Part shown: positions 1-11,336 of the stretch, in pieces
Position numbering within the stretch: the first letter of the stretch is position 1
Layout of the letters: every line of letters starts with the position of its first letter
Source of the DNA: Octopus sinensis
Lineage: Eukaryota
Length of the DNA stretch: 64,000 nt
Reading direction: 5' to 3'
Assembly: GCF_006345805.1 (NCBI RefSeq)
Contig: NC_043021.1
Coordinates: forward strand, 22,754,001 to 22,818,000
Program-made: the position numbers and the translations under genes
The notes under the pieces: model-generated
The model's database searches: none
Told to the model about the DNA's origin: nothing
The model's input: only the letters and a program-made list of their open reading frames with translations

Positions 1-879
1 ACTCTAAAGCCCAAGCAACGTGCAAGGAAGACAAGAGTAGACGAAAAACGAAATGCTTTGATGGCATCCGTAGACTCTGAATTTCCAGCTGGATTTCGAA
101 TTTGGGTCTGTGAAGACCCTAGGGAAGAGGTGTTCGAGGACCCCACCCTAACGAGGTTTACATAAATAGTTGGTACAGGTACTGAAGATGTATGAAATGA
201 TGGGATCGGTTCACACGTAGCTGTCTGCCGGATTAGGCTTATGGATTACAAACGACATACATATTTAGCGCTTACTGCGAAACCGTGTTTAACAAAATTC
301 TTTGAGAGAAAAATCGAGTCGTAGACACGACAGAGCTCTGGAACTCGGAAGCGAACTGATGAGCCTTCCGTTTCCAAAGCTAGACGGCTTTTAATTTAAA
401 GTATGCAAACCTAAATACTTCCAACTGGGAATCGAAACCAGGACATGGAGCAATCACACAGGACGTCTCTATCTCCACTGCTGTCCTTTCTAATTAGGTT
501 TATATCTGTCGATTGCCTAATCTAATTAATCTAATGCACCTAGTGACATCAATCCTGATTTCTGTTTTCCATCGCTTCTCAAATATTTAATGTCGATCTG
601 GGAATTGTCGTAAAGTGAAGTTTTAAAAGCAACCAACTTTTAAGATCCCATTTAACTTAACTTAAAGAGCATAAATAATTAAAGAAACTTCAAGAAAATA
701 AACACGAAATGTTCTGTTTGTTATTGTGAGTTCTTTGTTCTTTGGTCAGATTTTACTGGTATATATAAATTTTTCTTTTATTGGGCTGCTTCTTATGTTT
801 ATATTCTTCTTCCATTGAAAAATACCACGAGGGAGATTGATCTGCTCGTTGTGATTAGATTTGATAAGTGATTAGAAGT

Positions 880-1345
880 ATTCTCTGAAGATCTCAGATG
901 TGGCATAAAGGATGAGAAGAGAAATTAAAAGCACGAAGGAGGAGGAGATGGAGATCTAGAGAAGAAAGAGCGCAATGTAGTATAAGATGAAGGAGATTGA
1001 GAATAATAATGAGTAGAATTAAACGAAAGAGAGAACAAGACAAAGAAGAATTAGACGAATTTGAGTAAAAGAATGAGAAGACGAAGAAAGTAAATGAAAA
1101 GAGGAAAATGAATTGGAAGGAGAAAAGTGAGATGAAAAATTAAAATGAACGCAAAAAAACTAAGATAAAAAAGAATAAAATGAAAGACGATGAAGAGGAA
1201 GGTGATGCGAAAAGAGATGAAGGGAAATGAAATTGGTATGGCAAAGAAAATTAACAGAAACACCAGCAACAGAGAAACAAAAAAAGAAAAAAGAGATTAG
1301 CAACAACTAATCAACAACGGAAACAACAATAACAGCAACAAAAAA
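880..1345. repeat. Purine-rich (GAA/AAAG-like) low-complexity tract
   Basis: Almost pure A/G on the + strand; gives the spurious F/L/I-rich minus ORF 1051-1269. Confidence 0.8.
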
Positions 1346-1539
1346 GAAATATTTAAACAAAGTTAATTGATTGAAAGAATGTATTTAAAAGTCAGAATTG
1401 TTTCCACAAGAGACTAATATTTTGTGAAGTTTTCTTTAAAACAAATAAGTCTAGCACCTTTAGACAAACTAAATTTCTTACACATATATACTACTATAAA
1501 TGCCTAAACGCTCTTGCACAAACAAACACAAAAGCACTT

Positions 1540-1611
1540 TATATGTACACAAATATGAGCATATATATATATATATACACACATACATGCACAAATATGA
1601 GCATATATATA

Positions 1612-1650
<39 letters not shown>

Positions 1651-1664
1651 CTCATTTGTATGTG

Positions 1665-1706
<42 letters not shown>

Positions 1707-1725
1707 CTCATTTGTATGTGTATAA

Positions 1726-1758
<33 letters not shown>

Positions 1759-1845
1759 ATATCAGCTCATTTGTATGTGTATAATATATATATATATAAT
1801 ATATATATATATATATTATATATATATATATGTGTGTGTGTGTGG
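1540..1845. repeat. (TA)n microsatellite with embedded repeated short modules
   Basis: tcagctcatttgtatgtgtataa occurs three times (about 1647, 1702, 1762); related reverse-complement modules cacaaatatgagc lie at about 1548 and 1590; all are separated by (TA)n. Confidence 0.9.
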
Positions 1846-2906
1846 AACTGTGTGCTTGAAAGTGTGTATGGGTGAGAGAGAAGGTCTGAAATGCAAGGAT
1901 GAGGTGGGGACGAAGTGAGACATGCATACCTACATCAACTATAAAAATATTGATCAATGAAAGACTCAACGCGATTGCGGTGATAAGGTATTGATGACGT
2001 GTTCAAATATGCTGTAGATATTTATTTCTATGGGCCTAATTACACACAGTTCATAGTTACTTTTGATATTAGTTTTAAGCATATTCATTCTATATCGTTT
2101 CTGATCGATTCGCGCATTCTATAAGCACCAAAAGGTCTTTATGTTATCAAATATTGATTGTTTTAATGAGGTCTATACAATTCCATTTCCTTATATATTT
2201 GTGTCAATACATAGAGATAAGCGCGTTGCCTACGTTCTATTTGATTCCCATATAAACTAGTTACGTACGACCTACACGGCAGTTCTTCGAATTTAGATAG
2301 AACCAGCCTGGGAAAATTATTACATGCAGCACAAGCAGAACGGTTAATGGTCTTCACTGGATTGGAATCGTCATTTAGTTATTCAACCATATCTGAAAAT
2401 CATTGGACAAGGACGTATCATATTGATGAGGATACGCAAGGCTCAGCCACTTAAAAACGTGTGAATGTGAAGCGACAACGCTGCTTTAATTTACAAATGT
2501 TATACATTTTGTTTTCTTTCCCACTTTGCCCAAATTGACACAGAACAGAAAAATCGCCAAAACGAAATCATGATGCGACTGCCAGTTTGGAATAATACAG
2601 ACTGTGTAGGCGTAAGTGAATGTAGGCGTGTTTGTGTGAACCCTTTGTCATCAGGTGTGTTACTCTATCTGGCAGTGGATGAAATATTCAAAGAACGTGA
2701 AAATATCCTATTTTGTTACCTACAAAAGCCTCAATAACACAATCAACTAATATCATGCATGTGCCATGTCACGAACGTGCTGCAGATGGATGCCCAGTTC
2801 GTTGATATAAACTACAACTTATGGATTGAAAAAATATATTGAGTACGCAACTGTTTGCATACACGTCAAGATATATATATATATATATATAATGGTGTGT
2901 GTGTAT

Positions 2907-3087
2907 GCGAGTGGTATGTAAGCGAGTGGTTAGTAAGCGAGTGGTATGTAAGCGAGTCGTATGTATGCATGTGTACATATGCCTGTGTACGCATGCGAGT
3001 GTATGTATGCATGTGTGTATGCGTGCGTATTTATGCGAGTGTATGTATGCGAGTGTATGTATGCGCGTGTATGTATGCGCGTGCATG
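2907..3087. repeat. 14-15-bp minisatellite (GCGAGTGGTATGTAA and variants)
   Basis: Four consecutive 15-bp units at 2907-2966, then degenerate GCGAGTGTATGTAT units. Confidence 0.85.
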
Positions 3088-3739
3088 TATCTATATCTTT
3101 CGGTCACAGCATAAGTGTTATACATTTATATCACAGAATATCATTAAATATCATTAATATTCACATATTCTTCGGTTTTGTTGGTGCTCATTACATCATA
3201 TGTAATTAGTCCACGTGACTGGATAAGACAAGAAAATGAGACACCAAATGCTGCAACGCGAAAATAGTTACATTAAAAAAAAATTAACGGCAAAACACAA
3301 AACAGATTTAAAAAGATATAAACACAGAATTCAGAGAACGGGATAAAATGGAGGATTTCACCGCCATAAATTTATCAATACAAAATTCAATACTTAACGC
3401 CGTGCTCAAGAGGTGGTTGCTAAACATATTTATCACCTTGAGCACATCCAGTGGATTATTCACAATTACATGATGTAATTAGAGAAAAGAGGCGAGCAGA
3501 AACATTATAGAATTTAAGATTTAAGTATTTAATTATTATGCCAATTAGTCCTTGGAAGTTTAATTTGTATGGACGATTTCAGTAATTTTGGAAGAATTGC
3601 CTCATAAAACATCGGTTAAAACCACTGAAGTCGTGTTTAATTAACCCTGATTGCTTAAGCAAGAGCCCCGATTCTAATGAGTTTCGTGTACATAGGTTAT
3701 ATATACATGCATCCATACATGTACATTATACATTATATA

Positions 3740-3744
3740 TTTGC

Positions 3745-3786
<42 letters not shown>

Positions 3787-3841
3787 GTATATATATGTGT
3801 GAATAAATATATATATATATATATATATATTTGTATTATTG

Positions 3842-3872
<31 letters not shown>

Positions 3873-3940
3873 TATATATATTGTATATATATATATATAT
3901 ATTGGTATTTGTGTATATACATATATATATATATATATCT
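3740..3940. repeat. (TA)n microsatellite
   Basis: Direct inspection. Confidence 0.95.
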
Positions 3941-4789
3941 TGATAATGTCTATATGCATGGTTGCATACCTCTCTGAGTGTGTAGTATCCAATTAAGGTG
4001 CTTTTATCTCTGTAGATAGTCAATACATATAATTAACTTAATAAACATTATTTCTTGACTTAAGGCAGGAATTTGAGAGAAGCCACTACATTATTCACTC
4101 TACACATTTTAGCGAATTTACTTGATGTACGAAGTTTTGTGTTCTAATTGAACTGAAATATAATTTGCCACCTGCGTAGTGAAAACCTGTTTAAAATTTG
4201 AATTTAGTAATGCTAGCGATTAACTTACTTTTATTAAATGAACTCCGTATGTGATTTATTGAATAATTCTATCAGTTTATCTCTGTGTAGAACGAATTTA
4301 ACGATATATCATTCGGTTTCGTAAATGTAAATCAAGACTTAACATGTCCGCTGCGTAAATTCATTTCTTGGTCATTCCCGAAATGATGCCAATCATTAAT
4401 CAAAAATTAGAATTGATATTTTTTCGCTGAATTAATGTTTTTTGTTTTTTTGCGGTATCCCTTGTTACGTAAGTTTTTCTTTTCAATCACCAAAGCTGTG
4501 TAATTCTTGCTCCTTAAAAAGATATTTAAGGAAAAGTTGTCTTATGCAGAAATTGACACTTTGCAGGCTTCTGTTTCTCGAAGCCTAAAGCGATATTTCC
4601 CGACTCTGGCGTAAAACGGCTTTCCGAAGAAAATGTAGGAACATTCTGACCAAAAGCGTGGCTTTTTCTATTTTTCGCTTTTTTATTTTTTGAATTTTTA
4701 AGCCCGATTTAGATTGTAACAATCGATATATGATGTAGTGTCCATGTTCGCCCCACTCCATATGTCTTATATAGACAATAAAATATAAT

Positions 4790-5090
4790 GTATAAGAAAC
4801 TTGCTTCCCAACCACATGGTTGCTGGTTCAGTCCCATTGCGGGACACCTTCGCCGAGTATATTCTGAGTGAATTTGGTAGACACGAACTAAAAGAAACAG
4901 TCGTATATATATATATATATATATATATGAGTGTGTATGTGTATGTGAGTGGTTGCCCCTTCTCCGTGACCGCTTGACAATCGGAGATAGTGTCGGGGTC
5001 GATTTTTTCGACGACAACACTTCAAAGACGTGCTCCAGCATGGCCGCAGTCAAATGAGTGAGTCAAGTTAAAAATAAAATAAAAGAATAA
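4790..5090 (+). mobile_element. SINE family C (tRNA head + CORE-like domain + internal microsatellite), degenerate
   Basis: Head ccaaccacatggttgctggttcagtccc, central (TA)/(TG) tract, tail gtgctccagcatggccgcagtcaaatga; homologous to 6262-6692 and 52085-52297. Confidence 0.8.
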
Positions 5091-5462
5091 ATATTTATTT
5101 CTTTACCAGTACCTAACACCTGGCAATCATTAAAAGCTTTCGGAGCATGACTCAGGTTTGATTTTAAAAGCATTGACCAGCTCCCTATTTAAAAAAAAGG
5201 AACCCAAAAATATGATTTACAATGTCGACATAAGACCTGTCATAGTGGTTTCGAGATCAGTTGGAAATAGCTTTCGAATGTTCCTCAAAATATACTCGAT
5301 CTTGTTTCATAAAGATGCAGAGAGTAACGTAATCCTTCGAGCTTAACTCCTGTAAATCACAAGGTGGTCCAGGCTGGAACGCTCATTCTGCAGCTTTAGC
5401 ACAACTAATATGAATGTTAAACTAAATCAACAACGAAACTATCACGACAAAATCTATAATCA

Positions 5463-5590
5463 AGGCGGTAAATTGTCAGGTGCGTTAAAGATTTACAAGG
5501 AAAACCATTTTTAGGATGAAGGTCTGGAATTCAATCCCTACTGAGGTAAGCTTTGCAGTTCATTCTTTCTGGGTAGATGAAAAGAAAATC
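5463..5590 (+). mobile_element. SINE family B, old degenerate copy
   Basis: aaggcggtaaattg...gaattcaatccctactgaggtaagctttgcagttcattctttctgggtagat aligns loosely with the family B head and central domain. Confidence 0.5.
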
Positions 5591-5899
5591 TTAATCTGGT
5601 GTAATGGTGCGATGGAAATGTAACCATCTCAGAATGGAGAATTTAATATTTATTCCGTCTCTTTGCGTTCTGAGTCCAAACCGTACTCCACCTACAGAGG
5701 ACAGGCTCAGTTCACCGCTTTGTCTAAAACCCCTAAATGTTTGTTACGTTGTGCGCGTTTTATAGAATATCGCTATGTTGCAAGTATTCGGGCCGCATCT
5801 GTGATTAAGTCTAATTTACACTCAACGATGTAAGAAGCTTTGTAAAATGTCAGATATTCAATTGCACCAAATATATGTATGTAGCAAAAGAAAAAAAAT

Positions 5900-6260
5900 T
5901 CAGTTTCGGCAAAGTGAGAAACTCTAAGACAATATTAGTCGAGTTCGAACTCAGGACATAATGAACAGGAAGAAATATGCCGAAGTAATGTTTCGACGCT
6001 CAACAATTTCTGGCGTCGCGCTTCATTTGCTATAACCATCATGCTTTCAACTATAAGGAAAAGAACTCAGGGGAAGTTTTAAATTGATTATATCGAGCTG
6101 AGGGCAAAAATGGTGCTTTATTATATTGACATAAGAGGGTGTTACGCTATAAGTCAACCTCGGCAGAATTTGAACTCAGAAATTAGTGACTCAGAAGAAA
6201 TACCACGAAACATTTTTATCAACCCTCTATACCAGGCGCAAACTGAATTTGTGGTAAAAA
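5900..6260 (-). mobile_element. Two degenerate SINE family B fragments
   Basis: agtcaacctcggcagaatttgaactcagaa (about 6152) and gtcgagttcgaactcagg (about 5938) match the reverse-complemented B-box region of family B. Confidence 0.6.
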
Positions 6261-6261
6261 A

Positions 6262-6416
6262 TTAACTTCCCAACCACATGGTTCCGGGTTCGATCTCACT
6301 GTGTGATGCCTTGGGCAAGTGGCTTCTACTGTGCATTCGGGACAACGAAATCCTTGTAACTGGATTTGTGAGACTAATACTGAAAGTATCCCGTCGTGTG
6401 TGTGTGTGTATATATA

Positions 6417-6474
<58 letters not shown>

Positions 6475-6692
6475 CACACACATGTGTGTGTGTTTCTCTG
6501 CAACCATTGCTTCACAACCAGTATTGTGTTGTTTACGTCACCGTAACTTAGCTGTACGCCAAAAGCGACGGATAGAATAAGTATTGTTCTTTATAAAATT
6601 ACTAGGCGGGTTTCGACTAAACACTAAAGGCAGCGCTAAGAGTGGCCGCCGTCTAATGATTGAAACCAGCATAAGATAAAAAAGATAAAAGA
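6262..6692 (+). mobile_element. SINE family C
   Basis: B-box-like ggttccgggttcgatc, CORE-like gccttgggcaagtg, (TA)n centre, tail tttacgtcaccgtaacttagc...tggccgccgtctaatgattgaaac, ending in (AAAAG)-like repeats. Confidence 0.85.
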
Positions 6693-7575
6693 ACTACCAT
6701 TCCACCGCATTGGCAACAACAATATAACGGCAATACCGCAAGAACTGTAGAGAAGAGTTTCCCCAATGGAAATGTTAAGCTCCGTAATGATGCATGGGAG
6801 CTGTCCTACTTTATCTGAATACAATTCAAAACTAACAAAATGGCACGTAAGGAGATCTATCTCATGATACGTTGCACTGCATGACCTTCAGTTTGGTACA
6901 TATTCACAAATCCAATGAATTAATGTGATCTGCTTTGTCGGAAGCCGACTATGTCAATAGATAAGCTCCTGGCTTATTTAATATCTATAACTGATTTTGT
7001 TTCTAACAAATGTATTATTGTGCCGTTTGATAATGCAGAGAACTTCAGCAAATAGATGCGGATTCTGTAGCGCTTTATTTTCATTTTTATTCAACATGTT
7101 TCCTAAGTAAATAATGGAGTTAGATAACCAAATATGGAAACAGAGCCAGTTAAACTTAATCGGTAACGGTAATTGTAAAGTGTCATAAAGCTATCATATC
7201 CGTCACTTTGTTGGTCCGTTTTCCCTTTCAGCAACAACAATCGCCCAGAGAAGGCAATTGTTGTCACTGGAGGCAAACTTTAATTATACGCTGGCAATGT
7301 TTGCTCTTCAGCAGAAAGATATGCCCGCCCACACGTGAGCACATATAATGAACATAGAAAAATACGTACACACACATCTGTCTGTGAGTCACTCTACGCA
7401 TGGTTGGAATTTTTATGAAATCGAGAGTAATTTTATACTTATATACAAAGACATATATATATATATATTCATACGTATACATACTTAGTGTATGTATACG
7501 TATATACGTTATATATACGCACTCGCGCACATACATGCATACACTTGTCTCTGTATGTATATCTCTGTATATGCG

Positions 7576-7608
<33 letters not shown>

Positions 7609-8020
7609 TATGAATAAATACACACATTTATTCAAACACATATGTAAACATTCGTGTGTATAAATATACGTAAATATATGTATATATTTATATCTTCATA
7701 TATACACATTGTTTATATGTTTATGTGTTTATATATAAACAAATATAAAAATGTATATATGTGAACATATAAACATATAAATATGTACATATTTATATAT
7801 ATATATGTATATATATTTCATATACACACACATTCGTCCGTGTGTTTGTGTACCTATCTCTCGCAGCGTTTACGATACTGCTTTTTGGCAAGTTGTTTCA
7901 CACAAAAAAAATCAGTAACGCACAGCACAGAACAAACAATGTTGGAAGATTTGTTATATTTATTTTGTTTCGAGGTTATTTCTACATTCTCTGTTGATTA
8001 CTTTCGATTACATTGTCATA

Positions 8021-8385
8021 CAGTAGAGAAGCAATGGTTAAGGCTGGGGACTCGCTGTTTCGATTCCTAGACCGGGCGTTGTGACTATTTATTTAGCGGC
8101 AACACCTAAAGTTCCACGTGGCTTCGGCAGGGTGTGGTGGCGTACACTGCTGTATTCTTACATCAAAGTTTTTTTTCACTCTTTGGTCCTCTTTCTGCTG
8201 TACCTGTATTTCAAAGGGCCCGCCTTGTCACACTGTATCCCGCCGAATCTCTCCGAGAACTACGTTAAGGCTACACGTGTCGGTGGAGTGCTCAGTCACT
8301 TGCACATTAATTTCACAAAATACATTGTTCCGTTTATCGGATCAACTGGAACCGACGTTGTCGTAACCGACGGAATGCCACGATC
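8021..8385 (+). mobile_element. SINE family A (about 390-bp tRNA-derived), diverged copy
   Basis: Collinear with 45647-46046 and 54828-55216 (gtttcgattcctagaccgggcgttgtg...gagaactacgttaagg...gtcgtaaccgacgg). Confidence 0.9.
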
Positions 8386-8544
8386 GCTATACATACCGAA
8401 GCCCATGTATGTATATCTTGTTATCTACTTATTTTATTCTCTCCATTTCTCATTCAACATGTATCTTTCTACAAATGCATGCATGTACATGCATTTGACT
8501 ATATGCATGTGTATATTGTGGTATTCTCTTTTCTATGTAAGATG

Positions 8545-8640
8545 AGGGCAGCCGTGACTACGTGGTTAGCAAACTTCATTTTCAGCCACACGGTTCCAGG
8601 TTCAGTACAACGGTGTGGGATCTTGGGCAAGAAGTCAGTC
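8545..8640 (+). mobile_element. SINE family C head fragment
   Basis: cacacggttccaggttcagt...gatcttgggcaagaagtc: tRNA-like head plus start of the CORE-like domain. Confidence 0.6.
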
Positions 8641-8830
8641 TAAGATATTCTCATATATATTTTACAGATTTTTACCATTCCAGTGATCAATTGGATATCT
8701 CGTCTTCGAATGAGGTTCCTCCTTTCTACGTATGCATGTGCACATACGTATATATGCATTTATGCATGTATGTATTATATCTATATACATGATTGCATGC
8801 ATGTATCTATGTATTACGTATTTAAGTATA

Positions 8831-9045
8831 GGAGGGGTTGCTTAAAATGTCCTGGCCTTAACTGTGTCGCGAATGGCCTGGGTGCAGGCTCAAATTTACA
8901 ATTTTTATTTTTTTTTATTATTTACTAGGTTTAGAAAAACGGAAGGGCTGTTGCAATAAGTCTGTGAATCTTAGACGAGAATGTGTTGAATAAAATCGTC
9001 CTGTACTTTCTTTTACCCAAAGCCAGGGACATTTCAGCACCGTTT
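8831..9045. mobile_element. Mariner-type MITE
   Basis: Imperfect terminal inverted repeats (TIRs): TA-ggaggggttgcttaaaatgtcctggcctt versus aaagccagggacatttcagcaccg; TA at the left end. Confidence 0.7.
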
Positions 9046-9375
9046 GTGTGTGTATGTGTGTGAGTTTATTTGCAACATTACAATTATGCACGTAATATAT
9101 CTCTTAATTACCATATTTTCTCTACACTCATTTAGAATTTAATTAGTTGTTATTTATACATAAAGAGATCCATTATAGAAATTCCGTTATGAGTTTGAAA
9201 TTGAAAAATTAATTATAGAAGGAGGAAGAGGGTGAGAACTTTTGTATTGTCTATTTGAAGAATTTCATAATCGAAAGGTTTCTGAGAGAAAAGATGTTCT
9301 ACTTAATATTGTAGTGAGTTCTTTTAACTCGATTGGGGGTTTTGTTCTAATAAACTCTCATATCTTCATCTCTGC

Positions 9376-9431
<56 letters not shown>

Positions 9432-10059
9432 GTGTGTGTGTGTGCGGATTCCTGGCATGTATGTGTGTGCCAGTGTGTATATGGTAATGTATGTGTGTAC
9501 ATATGTATTTGTGCGTTTATGCCTGCGCACGTATCGGTATGATATCTTTGCCTAACACCCTCCATGTACGTGTAGCTATGTATATGTCCGAGGAATACAA
9601 TACCAGACTATTTTCTGTAATGTCAGATCTTTAAATGTAACAAGATAACGCCAACTATACTTCCGAGTCTTTCGAATCATTGATTAATCTAGAATGCAGA
9701 TTAATATTTAACGAACACATAGAATGTTTAACAAAGGATACGACGATGTCAGAAATCGTTGAGGGAGTTATTGTTCTCTGTACAGAAAAATCTTAAAACT
9801 ATTTTGTTCTCATGACCTGTCTGGTGTATTCAATTTTTCACAAGTGCGTTTCTTGTTTCTACGTAGATCTATTAGTGAGTGTTAGGCTGTGGGTTTCAAA
9901 CAGTATGTACTATTGCTGTATCTTGCTGTATATAAGGGTAATGCTTCTGTGCACAATAAATATTGATATGTGGATGTGAAATCAGGGATGTTGCCATTGT
10001 TTTATGTTATTCCCCCGTCTGTGATAGCCCAAGATTAAACAAAAACCTTGTAGTTCAGG

Positions 10060-10726
10060 CTTTACGTGACCCTTAGGCATCAATGTGCTGGCCGGCATCG
10101 TCGAGTGAAGTCATACCGCCACGTAATGCGTCTGCCTTAAGGTGCTTCTCCCCTGTTCGTCGATTTTTGCGTTAGCTGAAGCGAATAAAGGGCGTACTTA
10201 AGTGAAATTTTGTTTTCAGCTGGGGAAGACGGCAGCCGAAACAGTTATGCTTCAAATAGCTTACAAAAACGCTGACATGAGCAAAACACAATTTTGAAGA
10301 CAAACCACGTCGAGGAAAATCTTCGACTCCCGAAAGAATGAAAACATCGCGGAAATTCATTAACTGCTCACCAAACAATTTACAAAATTGTTGATATGAC
10401 CGGTGTGTCTTAGAACTCTTGTCAATGAATTTTGAGCGAGGAACTGCGAATGTAATGAATTGCAAATGTTGTGCCCCGCTTACTCAAGGAAGATAAAATG
10501 CAATCATGTCTGAATGCGTGTCGTGAACTGAAAGAAACTGTCGGAAGTTTATCTGGGCTCTCATTTGGAAGGTTGTCACTTGTGACAAAATGTGAAGAAG
10601 AAAGAACAGAATCGCCTAGTGCTTCAAATGGAGAATATTTTGAAGGCGATAAAAGTTTAAACATATATAGTTAATTGAATAAAAATAATATTGCAAAATT
10701 CGGGGTTCTTTTTGGTGACCACCCCC
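10060..10726 (+). pseudogene. Degenerate, internally deleted mariner transposase (N-terminal HTH region) with right TIR
   Basis: Frameshifted translation KFCFQLGKTAAETV-MLQIAYKNADMSKTQ / EDKPRRGKSST / PRLLKEDKMQSCLNACRELKE resembles mariner 'IKFCFKLGKTATET...EDxPRSGRPST...VPRLL'; the end ttcggggttctttttggtgaccacccc-TA looks like a mariner TIR. Confidence 0.8.
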
Positions 10727-11253
10727 TATTACCTGTTGTCTGGTTAGATATATATATACATATGTAACTGTCAGGTGATAGACTCAGCAGGGCAAAGCAA
10801 TCTGTCCGGTAGTAACGGGTCTAAAAGCCTTGTGTACATCACCGATATGTAAAGGTGATAGACGCAGACATCCGTTCCGCTTTGATTCACAGTTACAAAT
10901 TGCATATACCAGCCACGGTATTTTTAATTACTTCCTACGATCTTAGATTACGAAAATTAATTTAATCACATTTGACTCCCCTTCCATCTCTCTCTCATTC
11001 AGATACTTAAATTGAGGCACCTTGTTAAGACGAACGTATTTGCACACTCAGACAATATTAGGTGAGTATCAAACTCTACATTCACCCCCAATATTCATGC
11101 AGTGTATGCAGATGGCACGGTCCAACTTAATGTATAAATCTGTTCTTGTTTGTTCAGACATGTACTTTATATAGATACTTTCCAAATACTTCCGAAATGC
11201 AGATTCAAGGTGAGTAAAATATAAATGAGTAACAAAGATGTATAAGTGTCAAT

Positions 11254-11336
11254 TCATTACCGCGTTTCGAGCGATCTCTTTAATTGATCAATGAAATCAT
11301 CACATCATTACAAAGAAAACCGTTCTCATCCGATGA
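11254..11336 (-). ncRNA. Degenerate type-I hammerhead-ribozyme-like motif
   Basis: Minus strand TCAT-CGGATGA-G...C-GAAAC-GCG-GT-A-ATGA: 4-bp stem I, GUA cleavage triplet, short stem III; U4 is replaced by G and stem II is weak and expanded. Confidence 0.4.

Noticed and set aside
354-395. CTGATGA followed by a GCC/GGC stem (possible hammerhead)
   Set aside because: No GAAA after stem II and no stem I or III.
1647-1790. CRISPR-like repeat-spacer appearance (also at 49183-49781)
   Set aside because: The spacers are (TA)n or the units are SINE copies; eukaryotic context and no cas genes.
3402-3445. Hairpin gtgctcaag...cttgagcac
   Set aside because: Only 44 nt with no basal stem; too short for a pre-miRNA.
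7251-7280. KAIVVTGG, an SDR Rossmann-like motif behind a good acceptor
   Set aside because: A stop follows two codons later (GGKL*) and the GxG is missing; better explained as one arm of a hairpin or chance.
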